This document shows, piece by piece, positions 30,772 to 42,998 of a DNA stretch of 64,000 nucleotides. The notes under the pieces are model-generated. The model ran no database searches and was not told where the DNA came from. It worked only from the letters and a program-made list of their open reading frames with translations. The DNA lies in NCBI GenBank assembly GCA_037447605.1, contig CM074812.1:1116001-1180000 (forward strand), in the 5' to 3' direction. The translations under genes and the position numbers were made by a program. Positions within the stretch are counted from its first letter, which is position 1. Each line of letters begins with the position of its first letter. Source of the DNA: Zygnema circumcarinatum SAG 698-1b. Taxonomy: Eukaryota > Plantae > Zygnematophyceae.

Positions 30772-31449
30772 ATGGCACGATGGGTGAAGCCTGAGGTGTA
30801 CCCCCTGGTAGGGATGATGTCAATGGCTCTCGGCTTCATGGTTTATACCTCCGCGCGCTCTCTCAGCTCCGCCCCCGATGTCTTGTGAGTGCTTCTCTCC
30901 CTTCTCTCTCTGTTGCTCTCCATGCTGTCAAGCTCTCTTCCCTGGCCCTCCGTCCTCGTCCTCCCTCCCTCTGACGCCTCACTCTCTCTCTTGCAGCGTG
31001 AGGAAGGTGAGACGACAGGAGGGCGGGCCCTCATGCACGGACGTGGAGGGCCGCGTGTACAAGCACAGCCCCCTGCGGGAGTTTGTCAAGGTGCGCTCTC
31101 CCTCCCACTCTCTCCCTCCCATTCTCTCCCTCCCATTCTCTCCCTCCCATTCTCTCCCTCATACTCTCTCCCTCCCACTCTCCCTCCCACTCTCTTCCTC
31201 CCACTCTCTCTCTCGCACTCTCTCTCTCCCACTCTCCCCTCCCACTCTCTCCCTCCCACTCTCCCTCCTACTTCCTTTCTCGTCCCCCCTCCCACTTCGC
31301 CCCTTTCCCACCTTCCCCTCCCTCGCCTTTTTAAGCCCAACCTTTCATACAGCCCGCATTTGATTCTCTCTGTGGCTCTGATATCAATTCTGCAGACATG
31401 CTACGACGTCAACTCCACATCGAGCCCGCTCACTCCCGCCAAGCACTAA
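30772..31449 (+). CDS. B12D: B12D / NDUFA4(MLRQ)-family small mitochondrial membrane protein, 3 exons (30772-30884, 30997-31090, 31396-31449), ~86 aa
   Basis: Spliced product MARWVKPEVYPLVGMMSMALGFMVYTSARSLSSAPDVFVRKVRRQEGGPSCTDVEGRVYKHSPLREFVKTCYDVNSTSSPLTPAKH. RWVxPEVYPL plus TM plus PDV and EGxxYxxxxLRxFV are B12D hallmarks; GT-AG phases are consistent. Confidence 0.88.
31095..31275. repeat. ~14-bp pyrimidine minisatellite (CTCTCCCTCCCA(C/T)T)n in B12D intron 2
   Basis: About 12 tandem degenerate copies seen directly. Confidence 0.85.
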
Positions 31450-33170
31450 GGATTGAGTAATATATACATTGAAAAAAAAAATTCTGGCAGTACAAGCTGA
31501 AGCTTCAGCAGCTTATAGTGGTTTTGGTTTCGGCCCTAATCTCGGGAGGCTTTTAGAGTTGAATAGTAGGGCGAGTGGACAATGCTCGGAAAGTGGGGGC
31601 CCTTCTTCTACTCCAGATAATATTGGTGGTTTTCGGATCCTGTTGAAAATACCGACGATGATAGACCATATGATGGCTTTGAAGCTGATGCCAACGACGC
31701 CATCCTCAGTAGTGGGATGGCTTCACTCAATCACGTACTTAAATAGTTTTCAGCATTCTTCGGCTTCTGTAGAAGCCATAGGTAGATTCTAAATTTAGTT
31801 GTGGAGGCGGAAGAAGGCTGAGTCTATAGTTTGGAGAATTGGCTGCAGCAGTGCAAATCGCTTGTGTGTAAATAATGTTATTCACAGCATTCAAGCGGCT
31901 TGCGGTTATGCGACCAATTTAGGCCATGTAAATTTAACTATTGTTATGACTCTTGATCGAGATAATATATAAGGGAGCTTCGTTCTTATCGAATGGTGGA
32001 ACTTGGGATTTGAAGCATATGGAGGCATGCGGCTGATTGTTTGTTTGAATTTTTTTTATAGCTAAGGAGACAGCCACTTCTCCATGACCTGTTTCCATGA
32101 CTGCATTGAACAGGCCATGCCGTGCCTAAAATTTCATTCGTACTCTGTTCATTCGCACATACTTTACTTGTGAAACGTGGTACATCACCTCTGTTGGGTT
32201 GTCTGCAGCTGAGCAGTGGAAGGAAGACCCACGGTGTTCTCTGGGGAGGCTGAGCCTCCTCCTCAGATCTTGAAAAGGATACCATTGAAGGTTGAATAAA
32301 TAGCAGAGCTACATTCAAATTTCAGATCTTTCCCCCACTCAATACTGATCAGCCCCCCACCCCCCCAAAAGAAATCCTCCCAGACTAAAATCCTGGATCC
32401 GCCCCTGCCTGCAGCTTCGGCTCATATGGGCTTTTGCAGTCTAGGCTTAGACCGAGTCAGCCATTCCATGAAGCCTTTACCTTTAACCTCTCCTCACAAT
32501 ATGGCACCAGCGGTCAAGCTGGAACAGCTCTACGATCTGCATCGACGGCATTGCTGCCAGCCCTGTGTGATGGGATTACAGGGATGTGCAAGCAGCAGCA
32601 TCTTCATGCCTTTAAAGAGAAAAGGAAACTCTTGCGTGCAGCCCTTACATATGTGCATGCGGTACTTCTCCATGCATGAATCCATCAGTTCGCCTTCTTT
32701 GCTGATCCCGCTCTATTTTGTGGCCAGTGCTTCAAAAAATTTGCTGCTGCATCCGCCTGCTCGGCTCCTCCCCTCCCCCCTCCCCATGTCATGCATGCGC
32801 GCGTCTTTGCGGGTCGGTCGCCATGGGGCGTTACGGGCCGTTCCTATCAGTATCGTATCGTATCGTATCGTACTTTTTAATATCGTGTCTCTTTTTGCGT
32901 AACACCATATCGTAACGTATCGCAACATACAGTCTGCGTACGGTATCATTCCGTACCGTACGGCATCCCTTGACACGAACAAGCCGGAAAGGGCACGCTT
33001 GGCGCGCTGACGCCAAGGCTCTTTCAAGACTGCCCTCCCCCGCCCTCTCTCTCCCTCTCCCTCTCCCACACCTCTCCTCTCCCTCTTCTCCCTCGTCTCT
33101 CGCTTCCCGCTCACTCTGCGCCCATCAGATTCGTAAGGAGGGGAAAGAGTGAGGGAGAGGAAGGTCCGCC

Positions 33171-36100
33171 ATGACGGATCAGGAGCGGAAGGGCGACGAT
33201 CTTGTACGGCAGGCGGAGAAGAAGCTAAAGGCGTGGAGCTGGGGAGACAGCAAATACTACGACGCAGCGGAGCTTTATGAGAAGGCGGGGACCGCCTACA
33301 AGGTGGCCAAAGCATGTAAATTGCAAAACCTAAATTCTGCTCTGCTACATTTTTTTTTTTTCTTAAGCGCTTGAGATATAGAAGAGCGCGTTAAATTTGA
33401 ATACAAACACCATAGTTCCTTTTAAATATCGATGATCTGGTACGACTTGCTTCCGTATCAGCGTGCTTGCTACTGCTCATATAGGCGCCGGCTCTCCTCT
33501 CGTTCTTCCACATACATATACGAACACGCACGAACACATCCAACAACTGCCTGTGCGTTGTTTCTGTAAATGGCCTGTTCACCTGAATCCGCCACTTCTT
33601 CCAAGGAATGAAATTATGGCATTAGGTTGACTGTTTGCTGCGTGGCAACCACAAGTTGAGTCAGATTGTGACGAGGACCTTGGTCCGATGCAGGGCAGAA
33701 AGGTGGAGACACTTTCCTGCAGCTTTCAGAACTTCACCTCAAGGTGCGTTGCATGTGCTTCAATTCGTTGGTTCGTGGGAAATAATTCGGCGGAGCCTTC
33801 TTTGGAAGTCTATTGCGAGTGATGTTCCTCACTTGTTGTATTTACTACCGTCAGACAGAGACCATCAAGTATGCACTCAACAAGGCAAAAAGAAATGTAA
33901 AGCAAATAGATTAACAAAAAAACCATGTATCTTTGTGGGGCACTGGCTGGCTGCAGCAAAAAGATAGTCAACATGAAGCTGCCTCGTCGTTGGTAGAAGC
34001 GGCGAATTGCTATAAGAAGGCGAATCCTGCAGGTAAGGCAATTCAGGCCTGCGGCTTTTGGGGCATATATTCACCACTTCCCATCTTTCAAATTTTACCC
34101 ACTAGACGAATACGGTACATTCACGTTGATAATCTCATCCATAACATTTCCTTTTTTCAACATCCACAGAGCAATTTTTTTTGTCAATAGTACTCTTTTC
34201 CTTCGCCTGTTGATTTCCTTTGGCTGCTCATTTTTTCCAACACCGACAGTGTTATTCACGTCATGTTCTTCTGCTTGTGCAGAAGCGTCAAAGTGCCTAC
34301 AACGAGCAGTCGACATTTTTGTTGACCTTGGTCGCCTCAATATGGCTGCCCGGCATTGTAAGGTACAAGTACTGCCCGAGAACTAGTAACACTGGTTGAA
34401 AATGCACTTATTCATAACCTTCAGTGCCTGAAAGGACAGGCACAAGAACTTAGAGAGCATTGATTAGATGTAAGGCTATGTTTAGCTATTACAGTAATTG
34501 TACTTAAATATCGGACCTCTGTTGCATCTGGAGATTCGATCCTCTTTCGGTAAGTCCGCTTTTGTGAATGTATCCATGAGTATTCAATAGAAGCAGCAGG
34601 GATCACTACTTTCGCTTCCCTAGAGCGTAACGGGTAAGAAGTTTTAATTAAGAAGGCTTTTTTCTAGTAAAGGATCAATTTAGGGTGTAACCTGTGTTTA
34701 AGGGCAGCGGGGGAGTTTGATGGTAAAGTCACTAAATTTTATGTTCTCAACTGAGATTTGGAGCCAGGGTCGTCATTGATAAGAGGAATTTATTTGAGTT
34801 CCCTGGTAACTAGTTTTCTTTTCGTATTGCTTCTGTTTGTGTGCCTTCGTTAGGTTTAATGTATGTTCTTTACTTGGGCGTTGTTGCCTGCAAGTGGTGC
34901 TTGTAAAGGGCAGCGTTTTGCGTTTGCCATGCTGTCCCATTAGGTGAGATGGAAGTGAGTTTTTTTATTCATGAAACCTTTGGTGGCTGGGCCGTGTGGA
35001 CAGGACATCGCTGAGACCTATGAGAAAGAGGACGACAGGGAACAAGCAATGGAGTGGTATGAAAAGGCAGCAGACTTCTATGCAAGTGAATCGGCCCAGA
35101 CAAGTGTGAATCAGATGAAGTTGAAAGTGGCTGAATTCGCTGCCATTGAAAAGCAGTGAGTCTTTTAAGACCATACAATGTCATTGCCTCACTATTAACT
35201 GTGCCAAAATATAGCCATCGGAGTAAAGTATGAAGCAGGCAACCGTTAGTGTTGACACCTCCATGTGCTTTACGAAGTATGTTAGAGTTGGATATATGAC
35301 TGTGTTGCTTGCAAGAAGCTCGTCTGTTAAATAGGAAGGGAACTTGTGGCCTGGGCACCGGTTTTTAGGAAATTAATGAACAAATGCCAGGGCCATGCAT
35401 TTGATGCAATTCTGGTGGTTACCATTTATTGGTTCTGGAATTTGTGATGATGTTGATGCAGATACTCGCGAGCGATAGAGATTTATGAGCAGGTTGCACG
35501 CGACTCTGCCAGAAACAACCTTCTGCGTTACAGTGTCAAAACTTACCTCCTCAACGCTGGGATATGTCTGCTCTGCCTCAACGATTCAGTAGCCGTCAGC
35601 AATGCGCTTGACAAGTACTCAGTGAGTTGCAGCTCTACCTCCTTCCATGGCTAACCTGTTTCTTCAGAGCACCATGAACCTGTCGTAGACGCGTAGCTAA
35701 AGTTACTGTGACTGTGATGTTTACATGAATTCCTCATTTTAGGCGGAGGCAGAACTTATTCCATATTGGTCGTTCTCAATTTGGGATCTTGCAGGACCTT
35801 GACCCTGGTTTCCCAGAAACGAGGGAGTTCAAGCTGCTTACGGTAAAACTTCCAGCCCGCTCTGCCCATTGGTTCGAGCGCAATACCTTGCTGAGCCCTG
35901 CATTAAACCTTCTTTAGTGAATGTAGATGTACGACCTCCTTATTCTGTCAGGCCTAGCTGGAGGATTGACTCAACGTTCAAGCCATCAGTCACTATAAAA
36001 AGCTTTTTGTCACTCCATCCGGCATGATGAACTCAACTCCCGTCCTGGCGGCGGCTCATTGCAGAACCTATCAACTGCAATTGAGGAGGGAGACGAAGAC

Positions 36101-36372
36101 ATGTTCACAGAGCATGTGAGGGAGTACGATGATTTGAGCCGATTGGTAAGAGGCTAAACTCATGCATGCAGGCCATGAGCCTGATGTGTCATATGAATTG
36201 TCTTCCTACATGGCATGCATACAGGTTAACAGGGTCGTGCTTTCTCTTTGATCGACATCATTATCACTGCAGAGGCTTGTTCCTTATGTTTTCCGTGCAG
36301 GATTCGTGGAAGACAACGCTCCTATTGAGAGCCAAACAGTCCATAGCGAATGCAGAGGAAGCCCTTGTGTGA
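33171..36372 (+). CDS. ASNAP: Alpha-soluble NSF attachment protein, 9 exons
   Basis: MTDQERKGDDLVRQAEKKLK..KYYDAAELYEKAGTAYK, HEAASSLVEAANCYKK, LGRLNMAARHCK, IAETYE..AMEWYEKAADFY, YSRAIEIYEQVA, LDPGFPETREFKLL, EYDDLSRLDSWKTTLLLRAK; stop at 36372. Confidence 0.96.
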
Positions 36373-37076
36373 GCTGAGCTGCATTCGGAAAATGAGTTAA
36401 TGCCACAGGGAGCTCGCCTCGCGCGTAGCCGTGTGTACCATTCTTCTCTCAACCTCTCATGTGTCTTTTGGCCGTGCTCATATGGCCGATCATGCGGAAA
36501 TGAGCACCAATTCTATTGTCAATCGGTGCCGGACATGGGCCCGAAGGATGCACATCTGTAGTCTGTTTGGCTGAACAGGAGGTGAAGCAGAGAGGCCTTA
36601 AGTTTGTATTGCCATTCAACACATAAATAAAGCTGCCTTCTGACACCGAGCTCAGTCTTGCTGCTCACTGTGACTGAAGCTAGGTGTATGCTTGTTTCTT
36701 TAAATAAATGAAATAAAGCAATACGGACATCTGTTCTATGGGAGGGGGAAGCATTCCAGCTTTGGTCTATCAGATGGTCTGATCCGGCTTGTAACGCAGC
36801 TGACAAAGTCTAAAATATTTTTTCTTTCCCTTCCAGTTTTTTTACACATATAAGAAAAAAGAAAAATAATCAAAGTATAAGCCGTACCTGGTTCTCTGAC
36901 TAGTCTGATTTTCCAGAGCCGGAATTAACCATTTTCACAGCTTGAATCATGAGCTGGGTCCCTAACCCTAAAAGCTCGAGCCTACCAACAGTCACGTCAC
37001 ATCATGTACAGTATTGAATGACCGTACCGTACGGTAACCCAAGCTCACTACTGTAGTTCAGGTCCAGTATCCGTTC

Positions 37077-40000
37077 TTGGGTTCAATGGTTGGTTTCCAG
37101 CCATTGCAAACAACCGGTGGTTGCCAGCCATTGGATTCAGTGGTCGGTTGCCAGCCCCAACCTGACCGCGCTCGCCAGGTACATGCCCGCCACGTCCTTC
37201 CGCGCACACCCGTACGAGGTTTGGTACACAGCTGCACAGGGCACTCGGGCCAAGCGCTGTAGGATTAGGGTTGGCATCGGTTCATCTGCTCGTCGCCATA
37301 CAAGGGCAGAAATCTACAAACGAGTCCGTCAAGTTCATTTGTAGATGCATGATAATACAAGTGTATGTGCATACAGATAGTAGTTCATGAAGTTGTGCTA
37401 AGCTTACAGCCCTTCTGCATACAACTGTTGGTTGCCCGCCTGGATTCAGTTGTCGGTTGCCAGCCATTGGATACAACGGTTGATTGCCAGCCATTGGATT
37501 CAATGGTTGGTTTCCAGCCATTGCAAACAACCGGTGGCTGCCATCCATTGGATTCAGTAGTAGGTTGCCAGCCATTGCATACAACTGTTGGTCGCCCGCC
37601 TGGATTCAGTTGTCGGTTGCCAGCCATTGGATACAACGGTTGACTGCCAGCCATTGGGTTCAATGGTTGGCTTCCAGCCATTGCAAACAACCGGTGGCTG
37701 CCAGCCATTGGATTCAGTGGTCGGTTGCCAGCCATTGCATACAACGGTTGATTGCCAACCATTGGGTTCAATGGTTGGTTTCCAGCCATTGCAAACAACC
37801 GGCGGCTGCCAGCCATTGGCTTCAGTGGTAGGTTGCCAGCTATTGCATACAACGGTTGATTGCCAGCCATTGCATACAACGGTTGATTGCCAGCCATTGG
37901 GTTCAACGGTTGGTTGCCAGCCATTGCAAACAACCGGTGGCTGCCATCCATTGGATGGAGTGGACGGTTGCCAGCCATTAGATACAACTGTTGGTTGCCC
38001 GCCTGGATTCAGTGGTCGGTTGCCAGCCATTGCATACAACGGTTGATTTCCAGCCATTGGATTCAATAGTTGGTTTCCAGCCATTGCAAACAACGGTTGA
38101 TTGCCAGCCATTGGATTGAATGGTTGGTTGCCAGCCATTGCATACAACTGTTGGTTGCCCGCCTGGATTCAGTGGTCGGCTGCCAGCCATTCGATTCAAT
38201 GGTGGGTTTCCAGCCATCGCAAACAACCGAACTGCCAGCCATTGGATTCAGTGGTAGGTTGCCAGCCATTGCAAACAACGGTTGATTGCCAGCCATTGGA
38301 TTCAATGGTTGGCTGCCAGCCATTGGATTCAATGGTTGGTTGCCAGCCATTGCAAACAACGGTTGATTGCCAGCCATTGGATTCAATGGTTGGTTGCCAG
38401 CCATTGCATACAACTGTTGGTTGCCCGCCTGGATTCAGTGGTCGGCTGCCAGCCATTCGATTCAATGGTGGGTTTCCAGCCATTGCAAACAACCGGTGGC
38501 TGCCAGCCATTGGATTCAGTGGTCGGTTGCCAGCCATTGCATACAACGGTCGATTGCCAGCCATTGGGTTCAACGGTTGGTTGCCAGCCATTGCAAACAA
38601 CCGGTGGCTGCCATCCATTGGATGGAGTGGTCGATTGCCAGCCATTGCATACAACTGTTGGTTGCCAGCCATTCGATTCAATGGTGGGTTTCCAGCCATT
38701 GCAAACAACCGGTGGCTGCCAGCCATTGGATTCAGTGGTCGGTTGCCAGCCATTGCATACAACGGTTGAGCGCCAGCCATTGGATTCAATGGTCGGTTGC
38801 TAGCCATTGGATACAACGGTTGATTGCCAGCCATTTAATTCAATGGTTGGTTGCCAGCCATTGCAAACAACCGGTGGCTGCCAGCCATTGGATTCAGTGG
38901 TCGGTTGCCAGCCATTGCCTACAACGGTTGATTGCCAGCCTGGATTCAGTGGTCGGTTGCCAGCCATTGGATACAACGGTTTATTACCAGCCATTGGATT
39001 CAATGGTGGGTTTCCAGCCATTGCAAACAACCAGTGGCTGCCAGCCATCGGATTCAGTGGTCGGTTGCCAGCCATTGCGTACAGCGGTTGATTGGCAGAC
39101 ATTGGATTCAATGGTAAGTTGCCAGCCATTGCAAACAAACGATGGTTGCCAGCCATTGGATACAGAAGTCGGTTGCCAGCCATTGCATACAACTGTTGGT
39201 TGCCCGCCTGGATTCAGTGGTCGGTTGCCAGCCATTGGATACAACGGTTGAGTACCAGCCATTGGATTCAATGGTGGGTTTCCAGCCATTGCAAACAACC
39301 GGTGGCTGCCAGCCATTGGATTCAGTCGTCGGTTGCCAGCCATTGCATATAACGGTTGAGTGCCAGCCATTGGGAACAATGGTTGGTTGCCAGCCATTGC
39401 AAACAAACTATGGTTGCCAGCCATTGGATACAGAAGTCGGTTGCCAGCCATTGCATACAACGGTTGATTGCCAGCCATTGGATTCAATGGTCGGTTGCCA
39501 GCCATTGGATACAACGGTTGACTTCCAGCCATTGGGTTCAATGGTTGGTTTACATTCATTGCAAACAACCGGTGGTTGCCAGCCATTGGATTCAGTGGTC
39601 GGTTGCCAGCCCCAACCTGACCGCGCTCGCCAGGTACAGGCCCGCCACGTCCTTCCGCGCACACCCGTACGAGGTTTGGTACACAGCTGCACAGGGCACT
39701 CGGGCCAAGCGCTGTAGGATTAGGGTTGGCATCGGTTCATCTGCTCGTCGCCATACAAGGGCAGAAATCTACAAACGAGTCCGTCAAGTTCATTTGTAGA
39801 TGCATGATCATACAAGTGTATATGCATACAGATAGTAGTTCATGAAGTTGTGCTCAGCTTACAGCCCTTATGCATACAACTGTTGGTTGCCCGCCTGGAT
39901 TGAGTGGTCGGTTGCCAGCCATTGGAGACAACGGTTGATTGCCAGCCATTTAATTCAATGGTTGGTTGCCAGCCATTGCAAACAACCGGTGGCTGCCATC

Positions 40001-42143
40001 CTTTGGATTCAGTGGTCGGTTGCCAGCCATTGCATACAACGGGTGCGTGCCAGCCATTGGAAACAACGGTTGATTGCCAGCCATTGGATTCAATGGTCGG
40101 TTGCCAGCCATTGGATACAACGGTTGACTTCCAGCCATTGGGTTCAATGGTTGGTTTCCAGCCATTTCAAACAACCGGTGGCTGCCAGCCATTGGATTCA
40201 GTGGTCGGTTGCCAGCCATTGCATACAACGGTTGATTGCCAGCCATTGGATTCAATGGTTGGTTTCCAGCCATTGCAAACAACCTGTGGCTGCCAGCCAT
40301 TGGATTCAGTGGTCGGTTGCCAGCCATTGGATACAACGGTTGATTGCCAGCCATTTAATTCAATGGTTGGTGCCAGCCATTGCGAACAACCGGTGGCTGC
40401 CATCCTTTGGATTCAGTGGTCGGTTGCCAGCCATTGCATACAACTGTTGGTTGCCCGCCTGGATTCAGTGGTCGGTTGCCAGCCATTGGAAACAACGGTT
40501 GATTACCAGCCATTGGATTTAATGGTGGGTTCCCAGCCATTGCAAACAACCGGTGCCTGCCAGCCATTGGATTGAGTGGTCGGTTGCCAGCCATTGCGTA
40601 CAACGGTTTATTGCCAGCCATTGGATTCAATGGTTGGTTACCAGCCATTGCAAACAAACGATGGTTGCCAGCCATTGGATACAGAAGTCGGTTGCCAGCC
40701 ATTGCATACAACTGTTGGTTGCCCGCCTGGATTGAGTGGTCGGTTGCCAGCCATTGGATACAACGGTTGATTGCCAGCCATTGGATTCAATGGTGGGTTT
40801 CCAGCCATTGCAAATAACCGGTGGCTGCCATCCTTTGTATTCAGTGGTCGGTTGCCAGCCATTGCATACAACTGTTGGTTGCCCGCCTGGATTCAGTGGT
40901 CGGTTGCCAGCCATTGGATACAACGGTTGATTGCCAGCCATTTAATTCAATGGTTGGTTGCCAGCCATTGCAAACAACCGGTGGCTGCCATCCTTTGTAT
41001 TCAGTGGTCGGTTGCCAGCCATTGCATACAACTGTTGGTTGCCCGCCTGGATTCAGTGGTCGGTTGCCAGCCATTGGATACAACGGTTGATTACCAGCCA
41101 TTGGATTCAATGGTGGGTTTCCAGCCATTGCAAACAACCTGTGGCTGCCAGCCATTGGATTCAGTGGTCGGTTGCCAGCCATTGCATGCAACGGTTGATT
41201 GCCAGCCATTGCATACAACGGTGGTCAATGGTCGGTTGCGCCTGGATTCAGTGGTCGGTTGCCAGCCATTGGAAACAACGGTTGATTACCAGCCATTGGA
41301 TTTAATGGTGGGTTCCCAGCCATTGCAAACAACCGGTGCCTGCCAGCCATTGGATTGAGTGGTCGGTTGCCAGCCATTGCGTACAACGGTTTATTGCCAG
41401 CCATTGGATTCAATGGTTGGTTACCAGCCATTGCAAACAAACGATGGTTGCCAGCCATTGGATACAGAAGTCGGTTGCCAGCCATTGCATACAACTGTTG
41501 GTTGCCCGCCTGGATTGAGTGGTCGGTTGCCAGCCATTGGATACAACGGTTGATTGCCAGCCATTTAATTCAATGGTTGGTTGCCAGCCATTGCAAACAA
41601 CCGGTGGCTGCCAGCCATTGCAAACAACCGGTGGCTGCCATCAGTGGTCGGTTGCCAGCCATTGCATACAACTGTTGGTTGCCCGCCTGGATTCAGTGGT
41701 CGGTTGCCAGCCATTGGATACAACGGTTGATTACCAGCCATTGGATTCAATGGTGGGTTTCCAGCCATTGCAAACAACCGGTGGCTGCCAGCCATTGGAT
41801 ACAGAAGTCGGTTGCCAGCCATTGCATACAACGGTTGATTGCCAGCCATTGGATTCAATGGTCGGTTGCCAGCCATTGGATACAACGGTTTTTTCCAGCC
41901 ATTGGGTTCAATGGTTGGTTTCTAGCCATTGCAAACAACCGGTGGTTGCCAGCCATTGGATTCAGTGGTCGGTTGCCAGCCCCAACCTGACCGCGCTCGC
42001 CAGGTACAGGCCCGCCACGTCCTTCCGCGCACACCCGTACGAGGTTTGGTACACAGCTGCACTGGGCACTCGGGCCAAGCGCTGTAGGATTGGGGTTGGC
42101 ATCGGTTCATCTGCTCGTCGCCATACAAGGGCAGAAATCTACA
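37077..42143. repeat. 27-bp-monomer satellite with ~108-bp higher-order repeat and ~2.4-kb macro-repeat
   Basis: Monomers ending GCCAGCCATT (variants GGATTCAATGGTTGGTTT, GCAAACAACCGGTGGCT, GGATTCAGTGGTCGGTT, GCATACAACGGTTGATT) plus a 25-bp variant. The non-monomer insert starts at 37157, 39612 and 41982. Confidence 0.97.
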
Positions 42144-42998
42144 CGTCGGTTCCGTCCGTTAATTGTGACGTCACAGTTTTACAGTGCTACTGTACCGATT
42201 TCTGGAAAATAGACGTTGTATGTGCCTGGTGTCGGTGTCGGCACGAGATTACGACCGTTGGATTGGCAAGTGCGAAATTCATCAACCGTTAGATACGCCA
42301 CGTGGACAAATCGCTCCAGCAGTCTCGCTCGCGTGCCTGCCTTGACCGTACGGGTTGTTTGGCCTTGTGTTGTGGCAGAATCATACCATACAAGTGTTGT
42401 TGTTGCTTTCTTCTTGTTGTTGGTTGATCTCCTCACATCGATTGGTCCTTCATATTGACATGAATTGGCACGCCTCTTCTACGCCTTTTTAATTGGACTC
42501 TTTTGCCCTTTTTCTTTGTTCGCGCTGTCTCATGGTACATGGCGCGATGCAAAACATCGGGATTTGCCCAACAATAGGCGCTGTGAAGGGTTCCCGATTA
42601 CCGTATCGCCCGCCATTTGAGCAGCATGGCATGGCCGCATGGGGGCATGTGCCTGGGCATGCATGCATGCATGCATGCCAGGCTCGGAGCCCGCGCCCGC
42701 TGAACCCTAAAGTCGCGGCAGACAAGCGCCTCGGGACGCTGCTAGGCAGGAGGGCAGGCAGGCGGGCAGACAGACAGGGCGAGGGCGAGGGCGAGGGCTC
42801 CAGGTCTCCGTCCGCACCCTGCACCACCATGGCGGCGCTCGCGACTTCGCCTCTGGCGCTCTGTCCGTTCTAGACAACCGCTCATTCCCCCACACCTCTC
42901 TTTCTCTCTTTCTCTGTCTCTCTCGCCTCCCCTCTTTTCTCCCTCTCTCTCTCTTTCTGCTCGTCCTACCTTCTTGAAGGCTCGCTTTCTCTTCATTT

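Noticed and set aside
32391-32407. CCTGGATCCGCCCCTG, resembling a PIF/Harbinger-type MITE terminal repeat
   Set aside because: No matching inverted partner or target-site duplication was found nearby; at most a solo remnant.
37077-42143. CRISPR-like appearance (constant GCCAGCCATT with variable intervening sequence)
   Set aside because: The intervening sequences come from four or five recurring types rather than unique spacers, there are no cas genes, and the context is eukaryotic. It is a higher-order satellite.
37385-42292. Many long ORFs with 9-aa repeats (NGWQP, CQPLD, ASHWIQ)
   Set aside because: A by-product of a 27-bp monomer: open in several frames on both strands and shifted by 25-bp units, with no splice or promoter support.
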